From a virus (lineage: Duplodnaviria; Caudoviricetes): a stretch of DNA of 34,391 nt. The notes under the pieces were generated by a model. That model was not told the origin of the DNA. It saw only the letters and a program-made list of their open reading frames with translations, and searched no databases. Location of the stretch: the IMG/VR virus record IMGVR_UViG_3300037963_002430, positions 1 to 34,391 of that record; one strand, given 5' to 3'. Below, in pieces: positions 7,758 through 17,085 of this stretch. Position numbers and translations under genes: made by a program. Position 1 is the first letter of the stretch, and each line of letters starts with the position of its first letter.

Positions 7758-8602
7758 CAGCCTATCATGTCAAGTGGTGGCAGTTCATAGGTACTCGACA
7801 TTACCTCTCTAATCTTATCTAGTTCTTTTTCCGCATCATCATATATTTGTCTACCATTAAGTTCGATTCCACCTGGTAATTTAACTCCCTGGAACTTAAT
7901 TAGGTTTTGTCCCCACTGCCTCTTGATCAATGCTGTCAGATAACGCTTTAAGAAACCATCATTATAAACTCTTGGGAAATCATTAGGATTAAGCAGTCTA
8001 TAACAATCAATAACCAAGTAATCATCTACACTGACGCTTGCCCAATCAATATCCAAGTAAAGTCTATCTTGTCTTATATTAAATCTAATCTGTTTCTGTG
8101 TCGTCAATGCAAAGTCGATATCCTCAAGATATCTCTTTGTCATTGCATAGGTTAAAATTTCTGTTGATCCAAAGTAGTAAATATCATTCAAGAATAATTG
8201 ATACTTAATACTAAACATGTTGTTGGTGGTTGTGTTAGAACCATCAAAGTGATATATCTTTGTTATACCTAAAACTTCTGGAGGAACTTGTAAGTAGTTG
8301 CTGTTCTCTTCAAAAGAAAAGGATACAGACTGTCCATCAATTGTAGAACTTGCAGTTGTAGTTACGATACCGATAGGGTTGCTTCCGCCTCTACCTCTTC
8401 CTCTATCAATATCCGCTTGAGTAATTTTATACTTTAGGAACGTATTAGTTGTGCCATCATAGTCGCGTTCCTGGAACACCTGGAGCGCATCATCCACCAA
8501 GTCATCAATCTGCTCATCAGCAACGTTAATCTCCAATACAGGAGCACCTAGTTGCCTCTTACAGTACGCAATTAATTCTGATCTACTTGCTGGTTGAGCC
8601 AT
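7757..8602 (-). CDS. g13: Neck protein (T4 gp13-like)
   Basis: YCKRQLGAPVLEINVADEQIDDLVDDALQ, KRQWGQNLIKFQGVKLPGGIELNGRQIY and C-terminal PPLDMIG. Confidence 0.95.
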   Translation of the reverse strand: MAQPASRSELIAYCKRQLGAPVLEINVADEQIDDLVDDALQVFQERDYDGTTNTFLKYKITQADIDRGRGRGGSNPIGIVTTTASSTIDGQSVSFSFEENSNYLQVPPEVLGITKIYHFDGSNTTTNNMFSIKYQLFLNDIYYFGSTEILTYAMTKRYLEDIDFALTTQKQIRFNIRQDRLYLDIDWASVSVDDYLVIDCYRLLNPNDFPRVYNDGFLKRYLTALIKRQWGQNLIKFQGVKLPGGIELNGRQIYDDAEKELDKIREVMSSTYELPPLDMIG

Positions 8603-8624
8603 TTATTCACCAGTTTCCTATGTG

Positions 8625-8632
8625 TATTTATG
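8625..8632 (-). promoter_or_regulatory. Late promoter CATAAATA
   Basis: + strand tatttatg; overlaps the stop of the 128-aa gene and lies ~23 nt upstream of the g13 ATG. Confidence 0.8.
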
Positions 8633-9014
8633 GTGCTGCTGATACTGCAGGAACCACCATTACATTGCCATTTGCAATAGTGTATAAAGTTGATCCGCTA
8701 CTAACTATCACATCATACATATATCTTCCTTGATCAAGACTTCTAGTTGAAGTGGAACCTAAAGAAATTTTTAGTTTGCCTTCTACAGCACTAGTAATTC
8801 CAACCGAAAACGAGGTTGTTACGCCAAGTGTTGCTCCTACAGCAACACTTTTAGATATTGCTGCAGAACCAGAGTAACCAGTCAAATTAAATGCAGTGTT
8901 AGCATTGTTAGTTACATTGAATGTGGTTTCAAAATCTGACCCACCATAGATTGTCAAATTAACACCAAAAGGAACCCCTGAGTCTGGATCAAAAGTAATA
9001 TTTTTAGATGGCAT
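8628..9014 (-). CDS. Small all-beta virion structural protein (conserved cyanomyovirus type)
   Basis: NLTIYGGSDF..TF, FNLTGYSGSA, GKLKISL...T..L..GRYMYDV...GNVMV.P pattern seen in small T4-like cyanophage structural proteins; lies in the late operon with AGGA upstream. Confidence 0.65.
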   Translation of the reverse strand: MPSKNITFDPDSGVPFGVNLTIYGGSDFETTFNVTNNANTAFNLTGYSGSAAISKSVAVGATLGVTTSFSVGITSAVEGKLKISLGSTSTRSLDQGRYMYDVIVSSGSTLYTIANGNVMVVPAVSAAP

Positions 9015-9018
9015 CTGA

Positions 9019-9186
9019 TTATCCTATGATTGCGATTGTTTCTTGCTGTTTATAATATAATTTTGCAAAAGACTTTGCAATATTCTTTAGCATGTCACAG
9101 TCATCACAACTATCTATCTCAGATGCAATCTTCTGATATGCAAAAGATTTTTCTAAACCTTTGAGTTCAATATCATTTGGGTCCAT
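9019..9186 (-). CDS. 55-aa two-helix protein, NblA-like (tentative)
   Basis: Below the ORF-track cut-off. Translation: MDPNDIELKGLEKSFAYQKIASEIDSCDDCDMLKNIAKSFAKLYYKQQETIAIIG. It has a strong RBS (AAAGGAG 7 nt before the ATG) and fills the gap between its neighbours. The gene is well supported; the NblA call is by eye only. Confidence 0.7.
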   Translation of the reverse strand: MDPNDIELKGLEKSFAYQKIASEIDSCDDCDMLKNIAKSFAKLYYKQQETIAIIG

Positions 9187-9400
9187 TGATTAACTCCTTT
9201 AATAGTGACTTGATTTCATTAAGTTCATTTTTTACATTAGCAAGATCTTCTTCCATTGTCTGTACTTTTTGATTCTTTTCACTTTTAGACTTTCGACTAG
9301 CAATGTAATGATCATATGATACATTATTCACATTAACTATACCATTTGTCTCAGGATCTCTTGCGAGATCCTTATGACCCTTTTGTGTGTAAATATCCAT
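9173..9400 (-). CDS. Small hypothetical protein with a C-terminal coiled coil
   Basis: Start overlaps the stop of the 2559-aa gene (TAATG). GHKDLARDPETNGIVN followed by a heptad helix, a type usually found after the large DUF4815 gene in T4-like marine phages. Confidence 0.8.
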   Translation of the reverse strand: MDIYTQKGHKDLARDPETNGIVNVNNVSYDHYIASRKSKSEKNQKVQTMEEDLANVKNELNEIKSLLKELINGPK

Positions 9401-12400
9401 TATGCAAGAGCAAGTACTCTGAGGTTTTTCAGTTGAGGAACTAATTCCTGACTTGTTGATGTCAATACAAGTTTGATTCTATAGGATCTAAAGTTCGGAA
9501 GATCATCAATAGTAAATGTACGTTCAATAAAATCAGTATCGTATGGACTGTATCCTTTTTTAATAGAATTTTCTACAAAAGTATCAGATCTTCCGTCATT
9601 ATTTTCTTCATTAATCACCTCACCATTAATATCCAGATTTAAATATCCAGGGAATGGTTCAAAGATTGGTTCAAAACCAGGATCTGAATTAATTGCATAG
9701 AACGCTCTAACATCAGCATCTGTGGGGATGTGTGCATCCACAAGGATTTTAATTGAAGATGCAGGATTTGCGAGTGTTACTTCCTTAGATACGTATTGAC
9801 ATGCACTAGGATCGTTAAAGAGTGTATTTACTCTAGGATCTGTGGCATAGTTAACAACCTCAGAATTAACTCTGTTTGATACTGCATAGACACTACATCT
9901 TTGAAGTTCAATTTGAGGAGTTAATTTAGTATTAGTTGTTCCAAGGAAAAGTCTCATTTGCATGGACTTATTACCTTCGATAGAATCTAACTTGCGATCT
10001 TCATTTACTTTAGAGAAGACTGCTCTTGGAGAATCAAGGAAATTATTTGTATTAAGAATAACATCCTCAAATCCCGCATTTACATAAGGAATTTCATTAC
10101 CACTAATACTTTGAGTAGTGACAGTTCTTATTTGACCAGATAAAGAGGTGCCTTCAACAGTGATATTATGTATAGATGGTTTAATAACTTCAAAGGCAAT
10201 ATTTTTGGTAGCCCTGACATTATCTCCACCAGTGGATTTTGATCTGTTGAGGAATAGTTTGGGTAGTCCTACTCCAGTAGATCTGTCAATATTATCAGTG
10301 CTTCCAATAGTTCCAAACTTCTCAGACATATCAAGTTTAATATGATAAGAATCTAATGTTATTGGATTTGCAATGGTTACATCACTTAAATCGTGAGTTT
10401 TATTAATTCTAGCGAGACTTACTCCTGCAAGTTCATACTTATAAACTGGTGTGTCTATGGGATATGATTTTGGAGTTGTTCCTCTAGAAATACTTCCACC
10501 AATAGTTGATGATGTTGTAGAAGTATATTCAATAATCTCTTCACCAATCAAAAGTAATCCAGTGTTAGTCCCACTGACACCAGCACCTTCAAAGGTAGAG
10601 AACACATCTCCTGTTCCAGCAGTTATTTGAAGTGGATCTGTAGATGACTTGTCATAAGCTGCTGTCAATTTAGTTGGTTTAACATCTGGAAGAACTTTGA
10701 ATATTCTTACGAAATTATCATCAAAGTTCATTCCATGATTAACATGATTTACCTTAATATGAAGTCCATCAGAAATGCTTACTATTCCGTTTGATGGAAT
10801 AGTAACATCTCCACCGACAGATCCTATATCGTTCAGTTCTCTTTCTGTATCATCGTTATCAAAGAATCTAATGGTTCCAGCAGCTCCAGTAATAAATTCG
10901 CCTTGAACATTACCAAGTACTAATTGAGATGTGTGTCCAATACCAGTTAATGTAAATCTTGCATTTCTTCCAACACTTAATCCAGCAGGATCTGATGAAG
11001 ATGGAAGTGGTGCATTTGCACTAATAGTAACTACATCACCAACTTGATAACCATTACCGCCAGCATTGCTAATAGTTGCTGCAATAGCAACTCCATCCCT
11101 TACCGTAATATTTGCAGTAGCTTCTGATCCATTTCCAGAAACTGCAATTAGATTTACTCCAGAGTAAGTAATTTGTCCATCTGCTGGTGTGTATCCAACA
11201 CCTGGATTTGTAATTGTCAATTCTCCTACAGCACTAGCACCAACTCCGATCAGATCTCCTTGAGCAGTTCTGTTTGAAGCAGTTCCTTGGAAGAAAGTAT
11301 TACCAAGAGAATACCTAGCATCAGAAAGTGTCGTTCCTAATCCAACACGAATATCATTTGAAATAATATTCAATGGATTTTCCATCAATGTGGCAATTTG
11401 TTTGTTACCCTCAGTAAGTTCTGGACTATAAAGATCTACAGATCCAGATTCAACAAAGTCTGCCCTATACATGGTGAACTTAAGATCTTCCCACTGACTT
11501 GCTTCCCAAGTAGATGCGTTCTGCGACTTAAACAGTGATCCAAGAGTTGGTTGGTTGGAGATGTATGCATCTGTTAGAATATCATTTTCTCCGACTCTAG
11601 AAATATAAACACTATACTTAGTTGAGTTTGAAATCAAACAGATAGCATATTCTTTACCACCTTCCAGATAAACTGGGGCAGCAAATTCAAATGTGGTTGC
11701 TACAGATCCATCAGTTGAAGTATTAACATCATTAGGATAGATAAGAACTTCTGATAAATCAAAATACTTAGGAGTTGGGAAACCATTCTCCATTGTTCTG
11801 ATCTGCATTCTAACTGGTGTATCCCCATCATCTTTAGTGCGGAAGAAGACATCACACTTCGTTACGAAGATACCCTCAGGATCTTCTTGTTGATCAACCA
11901 AGAAAGATTGTGCAAGGGGATCGTACCAACCAACAATAGATTCACTTGTACTTGCCTGACCAATGTTTCTAGTAGCAGTAATTTCAGTATCAACAGTTCT
12001 ATTGACAATTTCATCTTCAAAGAGTTTCTTCTGTTCAATTTTTGCATTTCTGATAGAAAGAATTTGTTCTTGAACTGTCTCCAGAATACCAGAAGTTGGA
12101 TATGCTTCTTCGCCTACAGTAGTAGCAGAATCCTGATCATTATCTGGATCATTTGTTAATGTAAATACATTAGTTCCAGTTTCAAAACTAGGATTGTCTT
12201 TATTACTTCCGTCAGGAATGAAGAAACTACCTAACAAAGCTGAAGATCTATCAGTAATAAGTCTGACATTCGTTACTTCCGCTTCTGCTCCACTTGTTTG
12301 TCCAGTCAGTTTCATTCCTGTCTGAATATATCCAAAGAAGTCTCCTTGTGGTTGATCTGCAAGAGAATATGTATCCACATTCAACGTAGTTGAAGTAGAA

Positions 12401-15400
12401 GAATACACTTCAGGAACAATTCCACCATTAACATAAGGATTATCTGGATAAACCTCTGTTGGAGAATCGTAATCACCTCTTCTATGATTAGATTGAGCAA
12501 CTCTAAAGTTAATAGAAGGATTTACATCCTTTCCTTCTTCCCCAAGTCCTTTATTGATAACTCTTCCCTGAACTGTTTCTCCAACCTGGAATACACCAGA
12601 ACTCATTGTGATTTCAATTAATTTAGGAACGCAGTACTTTGTAACTTCCTTCCCATCAAAGAAAGCATAAATTTGAGTGCTTGGTTTTAAGTTTGCTGCA
12701 TAGAATTCAATATTTCTAGATCTTACTGAAGAAATAACTTCAGTACTGAGAACTTTATCACCAACAGAAACTTCCTCAAAAGTTTCAACAACGTGATACT
12801 GAGTACCAGTTCTTTCTTTAACTCCACTCTCAATTGTATCAGTTACATCCTGCTCAATTGGTTGAGTAGTAGTCTGTCTAACCCATGCAGCAGGTCCACC
12901 AGATCCTCCATTAATCCATCCACCTCGTCCAAATGTGCGACTGCTGGTAGTAGTGGACTCTCTGGTGTCAGTTTGAGTTGTAAATGTACCAGACCAATTT
13001 GTTTCCCAAGAATTCCATACCTCAGCAGCAAATCCAGTTTCAGGATCAACACCATATTTTTCTTCGGCTTCAGACATGATCTGAGAATAATTGCCGATAG
13101 TATCAATCGTTTTTGCTTTCTGCCTAGACTGATCAACCCAGTTATCGGAAGCAGGTGTTAAGACAATCGTTCCTTGCCAGAAACTAATTAAGAAAGGAGT
13201 TACACTTTCAGTTCTGGTTGCAAGAGTTTGTGATAACCATTCGACTTCAGAATAATCAAGACTAATAATGTCGTTTTGTTTTCTGACATTGGATCCATCT
13301 ATAGCGGAGGTTCTTTTATCTGCAGTAGGATCAACATCAACAACAGGACCTGTCTGCAGAGTAAATGAATTTGTGCTATGTTTTGGTCTAAGAATATTAT
13401 TAGATTGATCAATACTGTTGTTTCTACCAAGTCTTATATCTTGAGTGGAGAATGATGTAAAGTTATCTACAAAGAATCCAGACTTAAATCTATTAAGACC
13501 GTTTGCATCGGGTACAAATTGATTAGCGGTATTTGTTTCAAGTATAGAGAGAGTTGTATAATATTCTAAATTTTTAATTCTATCTTCAAGTTTTTTGATA
13601 TCCTTCATCTGATATCTCTTGTACTTCAAGAATTTAACAGATGCTTGCTCTACATTATGAAGATATGGGGGATATTCTATCGTAGCAAGTTCAATTGCGT
13701 TAGCAGGAGATTCTGGTTGTGCTCTCTTTGGATCGTCAGCAGGCGTTCCAAACTTCATCTGCAGTTTTCCATCCTTATGCAAATAAAGTCTATCAATTCT
13801 TCCTTGATAGTATGCATAGTCTAAGAAAATAGTTTCATTAGATGCAAGAATACTTGGAACAGAATTTCCTGTTGCATTAAAAGATCTTCCAAGGAACTCT
13901 AAAGGAGATCTAGTTCCTTCAGATACTGAATAATTATTGACTCTTGGTCTTAAATCAATAAGATCAGTATTCAATATTCCATTAATTGCTTTAACTTCAG
14001 TGGAATAATCAAAATCATTATAAGATTCAACGGTAACAATATCACCATCATCAGAAGAGTCAAATGATGCCGCCTTATAATATACTTTAATTTTATTTTT
14101 TGGAGAATCTGAATCCGTTTTCCTGGTTATAAAACCATGATTGTAAATTGTTCCTCTCTGCCCAGATCCAAAGGTATAATTTGATGAAATATTAAAAGAA
14201 GTTGTATCTAAACTACTTACTCCTCCAGTGATAGAAGATTCTTGGAATACAACGGTTTCTCCTTCTACAAACTTAAAGTTATTTTTGGGGAGATATCTGA
14301 GAGTGGTTGTATCTTTTATTTCCGCAAATACGGCAACTGCACCACTTGTTTGTCCAACAATCAATTCTCCAATGGTCATATCCCCAGTTGAGGCACTAGG
14401 TCCATTCAACTGAGTTAGAGTCATTTCTGGAGATCCAAAATTAGCATCAGTTAAAGTAGGATCAGCAGTTTCATATATTGCATGAATTTCAATAATATCT
14501 GGAGTGTTTAGTGATATAACATTATCCTGAACTCTGGTTCCAAATGGATAATTTCCATAAGTCAATCCATCATTAAAAGTAGTCGAACCAATTCCAGAAG
14601 CAGGACTAATTGACTTATCAACGACTAAAGACTTAACTCTATCTTTAATCTTTTTCTTTGACTTTACATTACTCTTTCTGACAGTAGTGATAAGTTGAGC
14701 TCCAGTGTCATCTGCACCCAACCCTCTAATTTGCAATTCCTTGAGGTCTGCAGAGAATGAAAAATTGCTTTGATTTAATGCTTCAGTCGTTCCATCAGAT
14801 CTGATGAGAGAATATCTTTCGTCGGAATATGAGAGATAAATTTCTCCTTCTGGAAGTGTGACTGTCAGTAAACTAGTAGAACTTAATTGATTATTTACAA
14901 TATTTACTGTAAATGGTTTTCTAATTGTCAATTCAGCATCTGTCAGATCAACAGCAGCAATATGCTCATTTGGCAATTCTGTGTAGAAAGTTGTATCTGA
15001 AGAAGCATCTAATTCGGTGCTAACAACTTTAAGATCTGATGCTGCAAAGGTTGATGTCGGTAATGTACCATCAGCCACACCAACAACTGTGGTTACCCCA
15101 ACAACAGTTACTTCAGATGTTGTTACTCCTATTACTCTTGCTAAAATTGGATCTTGTGATTTGGAAAGATCAGAATACTGAAGTAAGTTATTTACTTTTA
15201 CATCACCAGGGAATAAAACATTTGAACTACTAATTGTGCTTAAACCAAGAACTCCATCAAAAGCAGTTACAGAAGCAACTCCTACGTTTAATGTTGGAGT
15301 TTGTACAACATTGGCACTGAATGTATTAACTCCTACTATACTAGTACCACCTGCTCCTGCAGCTATTCCTGTATTAGAATAAACAGATTTTATATCTGAA

Positions 15401-17079
15401 ATTCCATAAGAGGTTATATCAGTTACAACTCTATTTTTTGTAACTTCTTGAGTCGAAATTCCACTTCTAAAAATAAGAACTTCATTCTTAACAAATTTAC
15501 CTTTTTGATCATATACTGTTAAGGCAGTTCCAGCATTAACTGAAGTTCTTAAAAATCCTGTTGCACCACTACTATTTCCTTCGACATACGCAGGAATAGA
15601 TAAACTAATAGTATTATTGACTGTAATTTCTGTAAAGGGTTGTATGTCATACATTGACATACCCCACTCATTTTCTTGTGGGAAAGATGAGTTGTATGAA
15701 CCAGATTCGAGTCTAAAGTCGAATACTCTAGCAAGTCCGATTTCTTTTCCTGGAGCAGTTTCAGAATTTACCCCGACTCTTTGATCTCTTAAACTGAGAA
15801 TAAATGTATTACCTACTCCAACGGTTGGAGATCTGTAAACACTATTCAATTTAAGGGTTGGACCAGTGCTATATGGGAAGAACTGGTTTTCAATAGTTCT
15901 TGTCGTTCTTGGTTTTGGTACATCAATAAAAGCGGGACTTATTGTTTCAACTTCATATCCCTTGACATATGCTTTACCTGGAGATACTCTACAGATTGCT
16001 AAATCTGGACTAGGAGTAGATCCAGCAGCAGTAAATTGACCCTCTTCATATAATCCTTGATTTCCGCGATTATTATTAAGAGAATTTAAAATGGAGACAT
16101 TAAATGGTTTGACAATATAATGACCACTTTCATCATACGTTCTTCTTGCTAAGATATCTGTAAGGTCATCAAAGAAAACTGCACCGCCTCCTTTGGCACT
16201 ACCTCTTCTGGTAGGTGCTTGGAGAACTCCATTAACTACAGTTGCCAATAAAATAAAATTATCATCATTAAAATCATCAAGAGATTTTTTAAATAAACTT
16301 ACAGAGATTTTAAGTCTATCTGCACCAGGTGCTCCATAGTTGTTGAATCCTTGAGAATTGTCATTCAAAGATTCATCGGCATTTGAATTTACAATCTCTT
16401 CAGAAACAAAGAGACCAATCCTATAACTAGGTGTATTTGAGTATTGATCTAAAACTAAAGATTCTTTATTTACATTTACAAAATAACCACGAATAAAATA
16501 AACTCCATTCTCAATTTGAAATACTGATCCAGTAGCAGTTGAATTTACCGATATGGTATTTGCAAATGGAGCTCCAGCTGAAATAATAGAATTTCCTAAT
16601 AACCCAGAACTTAAAGGTTGATTACAAGTTAAAGTTTCTCCATCAGTAAATGTTTGAGTAGTATTATCAGTTCTTGCAGAACCTTGATATGCAATATAAA
16701 GAGTTAAGTTTCCTCTTTCAGAATCTGCAGATGGAAGAATACTATCAACAACAGCAGTAACCCCAGAAACTGATCCAGTGATAGTTGTCCCAACTAATTG
16801 ATCAGCATATGCTTCAACAGGAACTCCTTGATAAGTATTTGCTAATTGCACACAATAATATAACTGCGAATAACCAGTGTTGCCCGGAATTACTTTCGCA
16901 CCCTCTTTAAAAAAGTGCTGACCAAATTTTTCTACTTGATTCTGAAGAATCGATTGTAGAGTTGTTAATTCTCTTGCCTGAACTGGATATCCAGGCTTAA
17001 AAAGCACCTTGTGGTAATCGTTCGTCGCATCAAAATCGTCAAAATATGGTGCTACGTTTAGGTTCGTCTGCTGTGGCAT
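9400..17079 (-). CDS. Very large baseplate-associated structural protein (DUF4815 / VrlC-like)
   Basis: N-terminus TNLNVAPYFDDF...KVLFKPGYPVQARELTTLQSILQNQ, LARRTYDESG, MKDIKKLEDRIKNLEYYTTLS, RFKSGFFVDNF, DPLAQSF and GSLFKSQNASTW..SQWEDLKF; lies directly after g8. Confidence 0.85.
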   Translation of the reverse strand: MPQQTNLNVAPYFDDFDATNDYHKVLFKPGYPVQARELTTLQSILQNQVEKFGQHFFKEGAKVIPGNTGYSQLYYCVQLANTYQGVPVEAYADQLVGTTITGSVSGVTAVVDSILPSADSERGNLTLYIAYQGSARTDNTTQTFTDGETLTCNQPLSSGLLGNSIISAGAPFANTISVNSTATGSVFQIENGVYFIRGYFVNVNKESLVLDQYSNTPSYRIGLFVSEEIVNSNADESLNDNSQGFNNYGAPGADRLKISVSLFKKSLDDFNDDNFILLATVVNGVLQAPTRRGSAKGGGAVFFDDLTDILARRTYDESGHYIVKPFNVSILNSLNNNRGNQGLYEEGQFTAAGSTPSPDLAICRVSPGKAYVKGYEVETISPAFIDVPKPRTTRTIENQFFPYSTGPTLKLNSVYRSPTVGVGNTFILSLRDQRVGVNSETAPGKEIGLARVFDFRLESGSYNSSFPQENEWGMSMYDIQPFTEITVNNTISLSIPAYVEGNSSGATGFLRTSVNAGTALTVYDQKGKFVKNEVLIFRSGISTQEVTKNRVVTDITSYGISDIKSVYSNTGIAAGAGGTSIVGVNTFSANVVQTPTLNVGVASVTAFDGVLGLSTISSSNVLFPGDVKVNNLLQYSDLSKSQDPILARVIGVTTSEVTVVGVTTVVGVADGTLPTSTFAASDLKVVSTELDASSDTTFYTELPNEHIAAVDLTDAELTIRKPFTVNIVNNQLSSTSLLTVTLPEGEIYLSYSDERYSLIRSDGTTEALNQSNFSFSADLKELQIRGLGADDTGAQLITTVRKSNVKSKKKIKDRVKSLVVDKSISPASGIGSTTFNDGLTYGNYPFGTRVQDNVISLNTPDIIEIHAIYETADPTLTDANFGSPEMTLTQLNGPSASTGDMTIGELIVGQTSGAVAVFAEIKDTTTLRYLPKNNFKFVEGETVVFQESSITGGVSSLDTTSFNISSNYTFGSGQRGTIYNHGFITRKTDSDSPKNKIKVYYKAASFDSSDDGDIVTVESYNDFDYSTEVKAINGILNTDLIDLRPRVNNYSVSEGTRSPLEFLGRSFNATGNSVPSILASNETIFLDYAYYQGRIDRLYLHKDGKLQMKFGTPADDPKRAQPESPANAIELATIEYPPYLHNVEQASVKFLKYKRYQMKDIKKLEDRIKNLEYYTTLSILETNTANQFVPDANGLNRFKSGFFVDNFTSFSTQDIRLGRNNSIDQSNNILRPKHSTNSFTLQTGPVVDVDPTADKRTSAIDGSNVRKQNDIISLDYSEVEWLSQTLATRTESVTPFLISFWQGTIVLTPASDNWVDQSRQKAKTIDTIGNYSQIMSEAEEKYGVDPETGFAAEVWNSWETNWSGTFTTQTDTRESTTTSSRTFGRGGWINGGSGGPAAWVRQTTTQPIEQDVTDTIESGVKERTGTQYHVVETFEEVSVGDKVLSTEVISSVRSRNIEFYAANLKPSTQIYAFFDGKEVTKYCVPKLIEITMSSGVFQVGETVQGRVINKGLGEEGKDVNPSINFRVAQSNHRRGDYDSPTEVYPDNPYVNGGIVPEVYSSTSTTLNVDTYSLADQPQGDFFGYIQTGMKLTGQTSGAEAEVTNVRLITDRSSALLGSFFIPDGSNKDNPSFETGTNVFTLTNDPDNDQDSATTVGEEAYPTSGILETVQEQILSIRNAKIEQKKLFEDEIVNRTVDTEITATRNIGQASTSESIVGWYDPLAQSFLVDQQEDPEGIFVTKCDVFFRTKDDGDTPVRMQIRTMENGFPTPKYFDLSEVLIYPNDVNTSTDGSVATTFEFAAPVYLEGGKEYAICLISNSTKYSVYISRVGENDILTDAYISNQPTLGSLFKSQNASTWEASQWEDLKFTMYRADFVESGSVDLYSPELTEGNKQIATLMENPLNIISNDIRVGLGTTLSDARYSLGNTFFQGTASNRTAQGDLIGVGASAVGELTITNPGVGYTPADGQITYSGVNLIAVSGNGSEATANITVRDGVAIAATISNAGGNGYQVGDVVTISANAPLPSSSDPAGLSVGRNARFTLTGIGHTSQLVLGNVQGEFITGAAGTIRFFDNDDTERELNDIGSVGGDVTIPSNGIVSISDGLHIKVNHVNHGMNFDDNFVRIFKVLPDVKPTKLTAAYDKSSTDPLQITAGTGDVFSTFEGAGVSGTNTGLLLIGEEIIEYTSTTSSTIGGSISRGTTPKSYPIDTPVYKYELAGVSLARINKTHDLSDVTIANPITLDSYHIKLDMSEKFGTIGSTDNIDRSTGVGLPKLFLNRSKSTGGDNVRATKNIAFEVIKPSIHNITVEGTSLSGQIRTVTTQSISGNEIPYVNAGFEDVILNTNNFLDSPRAVFSKVNEDRKLDSIEGNKSMQMRLFLGTTNTKLTPQIELQRCSVYAVSNRVNSEVVNYATDPRVNTLFNDPSACQYVSKEVTLANPASSIKILVDAHIPTDADVRAFYAINSDPGFEPIFEPFPGYLNLDINGEVINEENNDGRSDTFVENSIKKGYSPYDTDFIERTFTIDDLPNFRSYRIKLVLTSTSQELVPQLKNLRVLALA

Positions 17080-17085
17080 AATTCT

